Assembly (NCBI RefSeq): GCF_036732845.1
Contig: NZ_DAINBO010000006.1
Span: 20,243 to 84,242, forward strand
Source of the DNA: Brevundimonas sp.
GTDB lineage: Bacteria > Pseudomonadota > Alphaproteobacteria > Caulobacterales > Caulobacteraceae
Reading direction: 5' to 3'
DNA length: 64,000 bases
Below are positions 46,612-55,263 of this stretch, piece after piece. Every line of letters begins with the position of its first letter. Within the stretch, counting starts at the first letter, position 1. The notes below the pieces were generated by a model. That model saw nothing but the letters and a program-made list of their open reading frames with translations, was not told the DNA's origin and made no database searches. The position numbers and the translations under genes were made by a program.

Positions 46612-47817
46612 CTAAACCGGCTCGGTTTCGGCGATTTCCTTGCCCGACTTGCGTCCAGCCAGGGCCAGAACCAGGGCGCCCCACAGCACCGACATCAGCG
46701 ACCCGCCGATGACGCCCAGCTTGACCTCGATCTGCTGCGGCGAATCCACGGCGCCGGGGAAGGCCAGGGCGCCGATGAACAGGCTCATGGTGAAGCCGAC
46801 GCCGCACAGCACGGCCACGCCGTACACCTGCATCCAACTGGCCCCGGTCGGCCGCTTGCCGATCTTCAGCGCCGTCGCCAGCCAGGCCAGGCCCAACACC
46901 CCCGCCTGCTTGCCCAGGAACAGGCCCAGGGCGATGCCGATCACCAGCGGCGCGAAGGCCTGATCCAGCGACAGGCCGGCGAACGACACCCCCGCCTTGG
47001 CGAAGGCGAACAGCGGCAGGACCAGGAAGGCGACCCAGGGATGCAGATCGTGCATCGCCTCCCGCAACGGACTCTGGCGGTCCTCGGCGCGGGCGCGGAT
47101 CGGCACGATGGCGGCGAAGGCCACCGCGCTCAGCGACGTCGACAGCCCCGCCTCGACCGTCAGCCACCAGACCGCCGCGAACCCCAGCACCCAGAACGGC
47201 GCCGGAACCTTGCGGAACCGGGCCAGCACCCCGCCCACGGTCAACAGGATGACCACCATCAGCAGCGGCTGCCACGACACCCCCTGGCTGAACAGCAGGG
47301 CGATCAGGGCGATGGCCCCCAGGTCGTCGACGATGGCCAGGGTCAGCAGAAAGACCCTCAGCGAGGTCGGCAGGTCCCGTCCGACCAGGGCGAAGACGGC
47401 CAGGGCGAAGGCGATGTCGGTGGCCAGCGGAACGGGCCACCCCTGGTGCGGCCCGCCCAGCGGCGTCGTCACCGCCAGATAGACCAGGGCCGGGGCGATC
47501 ATGCCGCCCAGGGCCGCCAGAACCGGCGTCGCCAGCTTCTTGGGATCGCTCAGCTCGCCGCGCAGGATCTCGTATTTGATCTCCAGGCCGACGACCAGGA
47601 AGAAGACCGCCATCAGGCCTTCCTTGATCCATTCCGACACCGACATCGTCAGGGTCAGCGGCCCGAGCTGCAACAGATGCTCGCTCTTCAGCCAGGCGAA
47701 ATAACCGCCCGCCATCGGCGAATTGGCGACGATCAGGGCCAGAAGGGCGGCCAGGCCCAGCACGGCGCCGGAACCGGCTTCGGTCTTCAGGAAATCCAGG
47801 GTGATCTTGCGCGCCAC
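46612..47817 (-). CDS. nhaA: Na+/H+ antiporter NhaA
   Basis: LDFLKTEAGSGAVLGLAALLALIVANSP and LAIVDDLGAI are NhaA motifs. The start is set at GTG 47817, preceded by GGAGG 5 nt upstream. The maximal ORF extends to 47961. Confidence 0.85.
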   Translation of the reverse strand: MARKITLDFLKTEAGSGAVLGLAALLALIVANSPMAGGYFAWLKSEHLLQLGPLTLTMSVSEWIKEGLMAVFFLVVGLEIKYEILRGELSDPKKLATPVLAALGGMIAPALVYLAVTTPLGGPHQGWPVPLATDIAFALAVFALVGRDLPTSLRVFLLTLAIVDDLGAIALIALLFSQGVSWQPLLMVVILLTVGGVLARFRKVPAPFWVLGFAAVWWLTVEAGLSTSLSAVAFAAIVPIRARAEDRQSPLREAMHDLHPWVAFLVLPLFAFAKAGVSFAGLSLDQAFAPLVIGIALGLFLGKQAGVLGLAWLATALKIGKRPTGASWMQVYGVAVLCGVGFTMSLFIGALAFPGAVDSPQQIEVKLGVIGGSLMSVLWGALVLALAGRKSGKEIAETEPV

Positions 47818-48012
47818 GGCGGCCTCCACAAAGCGATGGGACTGTCGTGACGCCCGGTTATCGACGGACGTCGGGACCGGGTTCGCCTGTCGGCGCCGGC
47901 CTGACCGCTGGCGCGGCCCGATCTCTGGGCGCGACCATACGGATGCGGCCTCGCCGTTCAAGGGCGACGGATCACGGTTGCGTCAGAGCGCGCCAGGCCG
48001 CATCTGCGGCCC

Positions 48013-49467
48013 ATGCCCGTTTCCCCCGCCTATCGCCCCGAACCCCGCTTCTTCGATCTGGGCGACGAATTCGGCGACGCCGTGCGCGCGGCCGACTTTC
48101 CCCAGACCGTCCTGCGCCGCCGCAACGACCGCGCCGCCGCCACGGTCGGGCTGGAGACCCTGAGCGACGCTGAATGGATCGCCCATTTCGGCCGCTTCCA
48201 GCCCTTGCCCGGCCAGCCGCAGCCGAGGGCCATGCGCTATCACGGCCACCAGTTCCGCACCTATAACCCCGACCTGGGCGACGGACGGGGGTTTCTGTTC
48301 GCCCAGATGCGCGAGCGCCCTCAAGCCGAGAGCGATAGGGCAAGCCGCAATGGCCGATTGCTCGACCTGGGCACAAAGGGGTCCGGCCAGACCCCCTGGT
48401 CACGCACGGCCGACGGACGGCTGACGCTGAAGGGCGGAGTGCGCGAGGTGCTGGCCGCCGAAATGCTGGAGACGCTGAACGTGCCCACCAGCCGCGCCTT
48501 CAGCCTGATCGAGACCGGCGAGGCGCTGGAGCGCGGCGACGAGCCGTCGCCGACCCGTTCGGCCGTTCTGGTGCGGCTGTCGCACAGCCACATCCGCTTC
48601 GGGACCTTCCAGCGCGCCGCCTATTTCGAGCGCACGGACCAGATCGAGAGCCTGATCGAGCACGTCCGGTCGCTGTATCACCCCGCCGTCGCGCCCGGCG
48701 ACGCGCCTGGCCTTTTGGCGGCGGTGGTGGCGGCCAACGCCCGGCTGACCGCGCGCTGGATCGCGGCGGGCTTCGTGCACGGCGTGCTGAACACCGACAA
48801 TCTGAACGTCACGGGCGAGAGCTTCGACTACGGCCCGTGGCGTTTCCTGCCGCACTATGAACCGGGCTTCACCGCCGCCTATTTCGACCAGTTCGGCCTC
48901 TACGCCTTTGCGCGCCAGCCCGAGGCGGTGTTCTGGAACCTGACCCAGTTCGCCGGCTGTCTGAAGCCGGTCGCCGAGGCGGCGGCCTTGACCGAGGCCC
49001 TGAACGGTTTCGGCCCGGCCTATATCACCGAACTGCGCGCCGCCTTCCTGGCCCGGCTGGGCGTCCGAAGCCTGGGCGAGGCCGCCGACCAGCGCCTGCT
49101 GGACACGGCCCTGGCCCTGCTGCGTCAAGGCCGCGAGGCTGTGCGGTGGGAGCCGCTGTTCTTCGACTGGTTCGCCGGCTTCGCCTCGTCCGAGCGCGCC
49201 CTGCGCGGGCCGCGCCGGGCCGTCTATCAGGGCGAGGCGTTCGACGCCTTCCGCTTCGCCCTGTTCGAGCACGAGCCGGATCGGCCCGAGCGGCTGGAGC
49301 ACGCCATGTTCGCCGCCGCCGAACCGGAAGAGATGCGCATCGACGAGGTCGAGGCGATCTGGGCCGCCATCGACGCGAACGACGACTGGGCGCCCCTGCA
49401 CGCCAAACTGGCCCGGCTGGAGAGCGCCCGCGACGCCTGGGCGTGGCCCGACGGCAACGGTCAGTAA
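48013..49467 (+). CDS. selO: protein adenylyltransferase SelO
   Basis: 484 aa; MRYHGHQFRTYNPDLGDGRGFLF and HGVLNTDNLNVTGESFDYGPWRF are typical of SelO/YdiU. Confidence 0.9.
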   Translation: MPVSPAYRPEPRFFDLGDEFGDAVRAADFPQTVLRRRNDRAAATVGLETLSDAEWIAHFGRFQPLPGQPQPRAMRYHGHQFRTYNPDLGDGRGFLFAQMRERPQAESDRASRNGRLLDLGTKGSGQTPWSRTADGRLTLKGGVREVLAAEMLETLNVPTSRAFSLIETGEALERGDEPSPTRSAVLVRLSHSHIRFGTFQRAAYFERTDQIESLIEHVRSLYHPAVAPGDAPGLLAAVVAANARLTARWIAAGFVHGVLNTDNLNVTGESFDYGPWRFLPHYEPGFTAAYFDQFGLYAFARQPEAVFWNLTQFAGCLKPVAEAAALTEALNGFGPAYITELRAAFLARLGVRSLGEAADQRLLDTALALLRQGREAVRWEPLFFDWFAGFASSERALRGPRRAVYQGEAFDAFRFALFEHEPDRPERLEHAMFAAAEPEEMRIDEVEAIWAAIDANDDWAPLHAKLARLESARDAWAWPDGNGQ

Positions 49468-49626
49468 CCGACAGGCGATCCGGCCGCCCAAATCGCGCAT
49501 TTTCAGCGCTCACGGCCACGTTTCGGCCGCGGCGTTAACGGGATAAGCATCACGCTTGGTTACGGTCACGCTCGTCGCCCTTGAAGGATGACGTCCGCGA
49601 TCTGATCTGGCTGCTGTTACAGAACC

Positions 49627-50067
49627 ATGCCCTCCCCGGCTCCGATCATGACGACCCAGACCCTGACCCCCGCGCAGTTGAAGCTGTGCGCCACCTACCG
49701 CAACCTCGGCCTGTGGACCCTGCAAGGGTGGCTGGCGATGTTCTTCATCGCCGCCGGCTACGCCAAGCTGACCGAGCCGATGGACAATCTGATCGCCCTG
49801 ATGTCCTGGCCGGCCATGGCCTCGGACGGCTTCGTGCGCGGTCTGGGCGGGCTGGAGGTCGGCCTGGCCCTAGGTTTGTTGGCGCCGCTGGTCTCGTGGC
49901 GGATCGGCCGCCCTGTGCTGCTGGTCTCGACCGTCGGCCTGGCGACGCTGGCGGCCGTCATGGCCGGCGTCCACGCCATCGGCGGCGAATGGGGCCTGGC
50001 GGTCGTCAATCTGATCCTGTTGAGCATGACCGGCGCGGTGCTGATCGGCCGCCGACCGAACGCCTGA
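49627..50067 (+). CDS. DoxX-like family membrane protein
   Basis: 146 aa with 4 TM helices. LQGWLAMFFIAAGYAKL resembles the DoxX family. An alternative start lies at 49648. Confidence 0.6.
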   Translation: MPSPAPIMTTQTLTPAQLKLCATYRNLGLWTLQGWLAMFFIAAGYAKLTEPMDNLIALMSWPAMASDGFVRGLGGLEVGLALGLLAPLVSWRIGRPVLLVSTVGLATLAAVMAGVHAIGGEWGLAVVNLILLSMTGAVLIGRRPNA

Positions 50068-50091
50068 TGTCGAGGGAGGCGAAAGCTTCCC

Positions 50092-50107
50092 TTTACGTGC
50101 ACGTCAA
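50092..50107. promoter_or_regulatory. 16-bp near-perfect palindrome, putative MerR-type operator
   Basis: TTTACGTG|CACGTCAA; the half-sites match 7 of 8 as reverse complements. It ends 10 nt upstream of the merR-family ORF start. Confidence 0.45.
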
Positions 50108-50116
50108 GTTCGGGTT

Positions 50117-50611
50117 ATGCAGGCGGTCATGCCGACCGCCGACGATCATCGCACCTATTCGATCCGGCACCTGTGCCGCGAGTTCGGCGCGACCGCGCGC
50201 GCCCTGCGTTTCTATGAGGACAAGGGCCTTCTGACCCCGGCCCGCAAGGGCCAGACGCGGGTCTATGACGCGCGCGACCGGGCGCGGCTGAAGCTGATCC
50301 TGCGCGGCCGCCGCATCGGCTTCACCCTGCAAGAGATCCAGGAGATGCTGGATCTGTACGACCGCAAAGACCACAACGCCCATCAGATGGCCGTGGCCCT
50401 GCGCCGTCACCGCGCCCAGATCGAGGCCCTGAAACAACAGCGCGACGACATCGAGGGCGCCATCCAGACGGCCGAGGAGGCCTGCGCCTGGATGGAGCAG
50501 CAACTGGGCGAATACCGCCCCGACCTGCTGCCCGGCGCCGAGGAATACGCCAGCCTGCTGCGTGAACGCCTGAACCCCGACCATCACCCGCCCTTCAAAG
50601 CGAGAGCCTGA
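50117..50611 (+). CDS. MerR family transcriptional regulator (LiuR-like context)
   Basis: YSIRHLCREFGATARALRFYEDKGLLTP is a MerR HTH. It is followed 3 nt later by an acyl-CoA dehydrogenase gene. Confidence 0.85.
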   Translation: MQAVMPTADDHRTYSIRHLCREFGATARALRFYEDKGLLTPARKGQTRVYDARDRARLKLILRGRRIGFTLQEIQEMLDLYDRKDHNAHQMAVALRRHRAQIEALKQQRDDIEGAIQTAEEACAWMEQQLGEYRPDLLPGAEEYASLLRERLNPDHHPPFKARA

Positions 50612-50613
50612 CC

Positions 50614-52401
50614 ATGGCCTATAAGGCGCCTGTCCGCGACCTGACGTTCATCCTGAACGAGGTGCTGGAGATCGACCGTTACACCAATCAGCCCGGCTTC
50701 CAGGACGTGTCGTCCGACCTGGCCCAGCAGATCCTGGAAGAGGCCGCGCGCTTCTCCGACGAGGTCATCGCCCCGATCAACAATCCGGGCGACAAGGAAG
50801 GCTGCCATTGGGCCGAGGGCGGCGTGGTCACCACGCCCAAGGGCTGGAAGGAAGCCTATCATCAGATGGTCGAGGCGGGCTGGCCGTCCCTGACCGCCGA
50901 CCCGGCCTACGGCGGCCAGGGCATGCCGTCGGTCATCGGCTCGGCCGTGGGCCAGTTCACCGCCGGGGCCTCGGCGGCCTTCTCGATGTATCCGGGCCTG
51001 ACGGCGGGCGCCCACGCGGGCATCCACGCCAACGCCTCGGACGAACTGAAGGCCAAATACCTGCCCAAGATGACGACCGGCGAATGGACCGGCACCATGA
51101 ACCTGACCGAGCCGCAGTGCGGCACCGACCTGGGCATGGTGCGCACCAAGGCCGTGCCCAACGGCGACGGCAGCTACGCCATCACCGGCCAGAAGATCTG
51201 GATCTCGGCGGGCGAGCACGACTTCGCCGACAACATCATCCACACCGTCCTGGCCCGCGTCGAAGGCGCCCCGGCCGGGATCAAGGGCCTGTCGCTGTTC
51301 CTGGTGCCCAAATTCATGGTCGGCGACGACGGCTCGATCGGCGAACGCAACGCCGTCGAATGCGCGGGCCTGGAGCACAAGATGGGCATCCACGGCAACG
51401 CCACCTGCGTCATGCAGTACGACGGCGCCACCGGCTGGCTGATCGGCGAGGAAGGCCGGGGCATGAACAATATGTTCGTGGTCATGAACGAGGCCCGCCT
51501 GGGCACCGGTCTGCAAGGCCTGGCCATCGGCGCCGCCGCCTATCAGGCCGCCGTCGAATTCGCCAAGGACCGCCTGCAAGGCCGTTCGCTCACGGGTCCG
51601 AAGAACCCGGACGGCCCGGCCGATCCGATCATCGTCCACCCCGACGTGCGCCGCATGCTGCTGGAGGCCCGCGCCTTCGTCGAGGGCGGCCAGGCCTTCA
51701 TCCTGTGGACCGCGCTGCAGGCCGACCTGGAGAAGTCGGAAGACGAGACCGTGGCGACCAAGGCCAAGGACTACATGGGTCTGCTGACCCCGGTGCTGAA
51801 GGCCTATCTGACCGACAAGGGCTTCCACGCCGCGTCGTTGGCCATGCAGGTCCACGGCGGCTCGGGCTACACCGAGCATTTCCCGGCGTCGCAATATCTG
51901 CGCGATGCGCGCATCACCATGATCTATGAGGGCACCAACGGCATCCAGGCGCTGGACCTGGTGGGTCGCAAACTGCCGTCCAACGGCGGCCGCGCCATCA
52001 TGAGCTGGTTCGGCGACGTCGACGCCTATGTGGCCGAACACGGCGACGCGGGCGACGCCGTCAAACCCTTCATCGACGGTCTGGCCGAGTCCAAGAAGAC
52101 CCTGCAAGAGGCCACCATGTGGCTGATGCAGAACGGCATGGCCAACCCCGACAACGCGGGCGCCGCCTCGACCGATTATCTGAACATCTTCGGCCTGAAC
52201 GCCCTGGCCTATGTCTGGGCGCAGATGGCCGTCGCCGCGCAGAAACAGATCGACGCCGGTTCGACCGATCCCTTCTATGTCGCCAAGCTGCAGACCGGCC
52301 GCTATTTCGTCGAGCGCATCCTGCCCGACGGCGCGGCCCATCTGAAGAAGCTGAAGACCGGCGCGGATGTGCTGATGACCATGCCCGCCGAGGCGTTCTG
52401 A
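50614..52401 (+). CDS. long-form acyl-CoA dehydrogenase
   Basis: 595 aa; LTEPQCGTDLG and IYEGTNGIQALDLV are acyl-CoA dehydrogenase motifs. There is a C-terminal extension. Confidence 0.9.
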   Translation: MAYKAPVRDLTFILNEVLEIDRYTNQPGFQDVSSDLAQQILEEAARFSDEVIAPINNPGDKEGCHWAEGGVVTTPKGWKEAYHQMVEAGWPSLTADPAYGGQGMPSVIGSAVGQFTAGASAAFSMYPGLTAGAHAGIHANASDELKAKYLPKMTTGEWTGTMNLTEPQCGTDLGMVRTKAVPNGDGSYAITGQKIWISAGEHDFADNIIHTVLARVEGAPAGIKGLSLFLVPKFMVGDDGSIGERNAVECAGLEHKMGIHGNATCVMQYDGATGWLIGEEGRGMNNMFVVMNEARLGTGLQGLAIGAAAYQAAVEFAKDRLQGRSLTGPKNPDGPADPIIVHPDVRRMLLEARAFVEGGQAFILWTALQADLEKSEDETVATKAKDYMGLLTPVLKAYLTDKGFHAASLAMQVHGGSGYTEHFPASQYLRDARITMIYEGTNGIQALDLVGRKLPSNGGRAIMSWFGDVDAYVAEHGDAGDAVKPFIDGLAESKKTLQEATMWLMQNGMANPDNAGAASTDYLNIFGLNALAYVWAQMAVAAQKQIDAGSTDPFYVAKLQTGRYFVERILPDGAAHLKKLKTGADVLMTMPAEAF

Positions 52402-52402
52402 G

Positions 52403-52759
52403 GTGGAATTCAGCCTGCCGTTGCCATGGGTTTTCGGCATCTTGGGCGGGATTGTGATCTGCGTGGTCGGCTGGGTTCGGACTCGATCCGTGAACACGCA
52501 CGATCCGCTGCAAGGTCGCTTGGCGGAACATTTCGGACGTTACCTTGAATCCGGTCGTTCCGACAAAGACAAGGCCGTGCTTGTTGAAACGCTGCGCAGC
52601 GAACTCAAGCAGCGTCAGGTGTCTCGGGACGAATGGCGCTTTCGTCTGTCGTCTGCCGTCGATCTGATCGAATTCCCCCAGGCTCGGAACGGTGGCGACG
52701 CCCACGGTCAGGCGCATGAATTGATGCAAGTAATCGAACGTCTCGGAACCTCCTCATGA
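52403..52759 (+). CDS. small 1-TM hypothetical protein wedged between two acyl-CoA dehydrogenase genes
   Basis: 118 aa. The GTG start lies 1 nt after the upstream stop, and the stop overlaps the next ATG (ATGA). N-terminal TM helix (LPWVFGILGGIVICVVGWV). Hand count 52441..52680 gives 140/240 G+C (58%), with atypical third-position usage. Confidence 0.5.
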   Translation: MEFSLPLPWVFGILGGIVICVVGWVRTRSVNTHDPLQGRLAEHFGRYLESGRSDKDKAVLVETLRSELKQRQVSRDEWRFRLSSAVDLIEFPQARNGGDAHGQAHELMQVIERLGTSS

Positions 52760-53919
52760 ACGTCCTCAACGTCCCGACCCCCGATTTCATGCAGGAAGAG
52801 GAGATCACCCTCTTCTCCGACAGCGTCGGCAAATGGATCGACGAACACGCCCCGCCGGAAAAGGTGGCGCAATGGATCGCCGACTCCAGCGTCCCCCGCT
52901 CGCTGTGGAACGACGCGGGCGAGGCCGGCCTCTTGGGCCTGTCCATGCCCGAGGAAGACGGCGGCATGGGCGGCGACTATCGGCACGAAGTCGTTCTGAT
53001 GCGCCAGTTGGGCTGGAAGGGCGCGGACCATTTCGGCATCTCGCTGCACAACGCCATCGTCGCCCCCTACATCTGGCACTACGGCACGGCCGAGCAGAAG
53101 GCGCGCTGGCTGCCCCGTCTGGCCTCGGGCGAATTGGTCGGCGCCATCGCCATGACCGAGCCGGGCGCCGGCTCCGATCTTCAGGGCGTCAAGACCACGG
53201 CCCTGAAACAGGGCAACCAGTACGTCGTAAACGGCTCCAAGACCTTCATCACCAACGGCCAGTTGGCGAATTTCGTCATCGTCGTGGCCAAGACCGACCC
53301 GGCCGAGGGCGCCAAGGGCGTGTCGCTGATCGTCGTCGAGACGGACGGCGCAGAGGGCTTCGAGCGCGGCCGCAACCTGCACAAGATCGGCATGGAGGGG
53401 AACGACACCTCCGAACTGTTCTTCAACGAAGTGAAGGTCCCCGGTGACAACATCATCGGCGGGGTCGAGGGACAGGGCTTTTACCAGCTCATGCAGCAAC
53501 TGCCCCAGGAACGGCTGAACATCGCCGTCCAGGGCGTCGCCGCCGCCGAACGCGGGCTGGAGGCGACCGTCGCCTACGTCAAGGAGCGCAAGGCGTTCGG
53601 CAAGCGCGTCATCGACTTCCAGAACACCCAGTTCAAACTGGCCGAGGTCAAGACCAAGCTGACCGTCGCCCGCGTCTTCGTCGACCACTGCATCGGCCTG
53701 CACCTGAAGGGCGAACTGGATGCGGCCACGGCCTCGATGGCCAAATACTGGGTCACCGACATCCAGGGCGAGACCATCGACGAGATGCTCCAGCTCCACG
53801 GCGGCTACGGCTATATGAACGAGTATCCGATCGCCCAACTCTACAAGGACGCCCGGGTGCAACGCATCTACGGCGGCACCAACGAGATCATGAAACTGCT
53901 GATCGCGCGGACGCTCTGA
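52756..53919 (+). CDS. acyl-CoA dehydrogenase
   Basis: 387 aa; AMTEPGAGSDLQ, GYGYMNEYPIAQLYKDARVQRIYGGTNEI. Confidence 0.92.
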   Translation: MNVLNVPTPDFMQEEEITLFSDSVGKWIDEHAPPEKVAQWIADSSVPRSLWNDAGEAGLLGLSMPEEDGGMGGDYRHEVVLMRQLGWKGADHFGISLHNAIVAPYIWHYGTAEQKARWLPRLASGELVGAIAMTEPGAGSDLQGVKTTALKQGNQYVVNGSKTFITNGQLANFVIVVAKTDPAEGAKGVSLIVVETDGAEGFERGRNLHKIGMEGNDTSELFFNEVKVPGDNIIGGVEGQGFYQLMQQLPQERLNIAVQGVAAAERGLEATVAYVKERKAFGKRVIDFQNTQFKLAEVKTKLTVARVFVDHCIGLHLKGELDAATASMAKYWVTDIQGETIDEMLQLHGGYGYMNEYPIAQLYKDARVQRIYGGTNEIMKLLIARTL

Positions 53920-53937
53920 CCGCGCCCTCGTTCCCTT

Positions 53938-53970
53938 GTCATCCCCGACGAGCGAAGCGAGATCGGGGAC
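53938..53970. repeat. GTCATCCCC palindromic hairpin element (left flank of the GIY-YIG gene)
   Basis: GTCATCCCCGA-cgagcgaagcgaga-TCGGGGAC; the arms TCCCCGA and TCGGGGA are complementary. Confidence 0.4.
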
Positions 53971-54018
53971 GAACTAGCTGACAAATCGTCAGGCCCGGGC
54001 GGCCCCGCCGAACCGGGC

Positions 54019-54321
54019 CTAAACCTGCCCCGCCCTCAACTCCCCATAGAGGTCGGCCCAACGCGGATTGTTTTCCTCGACCAGCGCGAATTTCCACTCG
54101 CGCCGCCACCGCTTGATCCGCTTTTCCCGCAGGATCGCCTGGTCGATGTACGTATGCGTCTCATACCAGACGAGACGATCAATTCCGCGCTCAGACGTAT
54201 AGCCGGGGATCAATCCCTGCTTGTGCTCTCCGACGCGCCGAACCAGGTCGTTGGTGACCCCGACGTACAGCCATCCACACGGGCCGCTGGCGAGCAGATA
54301 GACGTAAAAGGTCTTGGGCAT
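54019..54321 (-). CDS. GIY-YIG nuclease family protein (small stand-alone type)
   Basis: 100 aa from ATG 54321. FYVYLLASGPCGWLYVGVTNDLVRRVGEHKQG carries the GIY...YIG motif plus R/E/N core residues. Confidence 0.85.
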   Translation of the reverse strand: MPKTFYVYLLASGPCGWLYVGVTNDLVRRVGEHKQGLIPGYTSERGIDRLVWYETHTYIDQAILREKRIKRWRREWKFALVEENNPRWADLYGELRAGQV

Positions 54322-54374
54322 GGCCGTCTCCCGGCGCAACCCTTGCGGGTTGTCCGGGAGGCGTCAAGGTCGGT

Positions 54375-54417
54375 GTCATCCCGTCCCGGATCGCCGCTTC
54401 GCGGCGTCCGGGATGAC
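54375..54417. repeat. GTCATCCCG palindromic hairpin element (right flank of the GIY-YIG gene)
   Basis: GTCATCCCG...CGGGATGAC is a perfect 9-bp inverted repeat with an inner CGCCG-cttcg-CGGCG hairpin. Confidence 0.5.
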
Positions 54418-54469
54418 AAGGTCAAGCCCGAGGATGACGGTGGGTGTCGCGAGCGGTAATGCAAAACCC

Positions 54470-55210
54470 ATGATCCGCCTCCACATCCCCCAGACCCTCG
54501 CCCCCGGCGCGGCCGTCGCGCCGACGCTGGACCAGTCGCGCTACCTGACCCAGGTCATGCGGCTGAAGGCGGGCGACGACCTGCTGGTCTTCAACGGCCA
54601 GGACGGCGAATGGCGCGTCAGCGTCGCCGAGGTGCTGAAGAAGGGCGTCGTCCTGCGCGCCCAGGAACAGGTCCGGCCGCAAGCCGCCTCGCCCGACGTC
54701 GAACTGCTGATGGCCATGGTCAAGAAGGCGCCGCTGGAGTTCGCGGTGGAGAAGGCGACCGAGCTGGGCGTGCGCCGCATCCGCCTGGTCCGCACCCGCC
54801 GCACCACCAGCGAACACCTGCGCCTGGACCGTCTCGACGCCATCGCCGAAGAGAGCGCCGAACAGTGCGGCCGCCTGGACGTGCCGCCCGTCGATGATCC
54901 GGTGAAGCTGGACGCCCTGCTGGACGGCTGGGACGCCGGCCAGGACGCTGGCCGCCGCCTTCTGTTCTGCGACGAGACCGGAGGTCCCGACGCCGCCGCG
55001 ACCCTGGCCGCCCAACCTCTCGGCCCGTGGTCCATCCTGATCGGTCCCGAGGGCGGTTTCGCGCCCGAGGAGCGCGCGCGGCTGCTGGCCCTGCCCTTCG
55101 CCGTCGCCGTTTCGCTGGGTCCGCGCATCCTGCGCGCCGACACCGCCGCGGCCGCCGCCCTGACCCTGTGGCAGTCGACCCTGGGCGATTGGCGAACCGA
55201 AGCCTCTTGA
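54470..55210 (+). CDS. rsmE: 16S rRNA (uracil1498-N3)-methyltransferase
   Basis: 246 aa from ATG 54470. MIRLHIPQTL, the KKAPLEFAVEKATELGV region, and ILIGPEGGFAPEE are RsmE motifs. Confidence 0.9.
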   Translation: MIRLHIPQTLAPGAAVAPTLDQSRYLTQVMRLKAGDDLLVFNGQDGEWRVSVAEVLKKGVVLRAQEQVRPQAASPDVELLMAMVKKAPLEFAVEKATELGVRRIRLVRTRRTTSEHLRLDRLDAIAEESAEQCGRLDVPPVDDPVKLDALLDGWDAGQDAGRRLLFCDETGGPDAAATLAAQPLGPWSILIGPEGGFAPEERARLLALPFAVAVSLGPRILRADTAAAAALTLWQSTLGDWRTEAS

Positions 55211-55263
55211 GCGAAGCCGCTGCGTCGCCCATCTAGCCTTCGCAACAGGGGCTGAAACAGACG

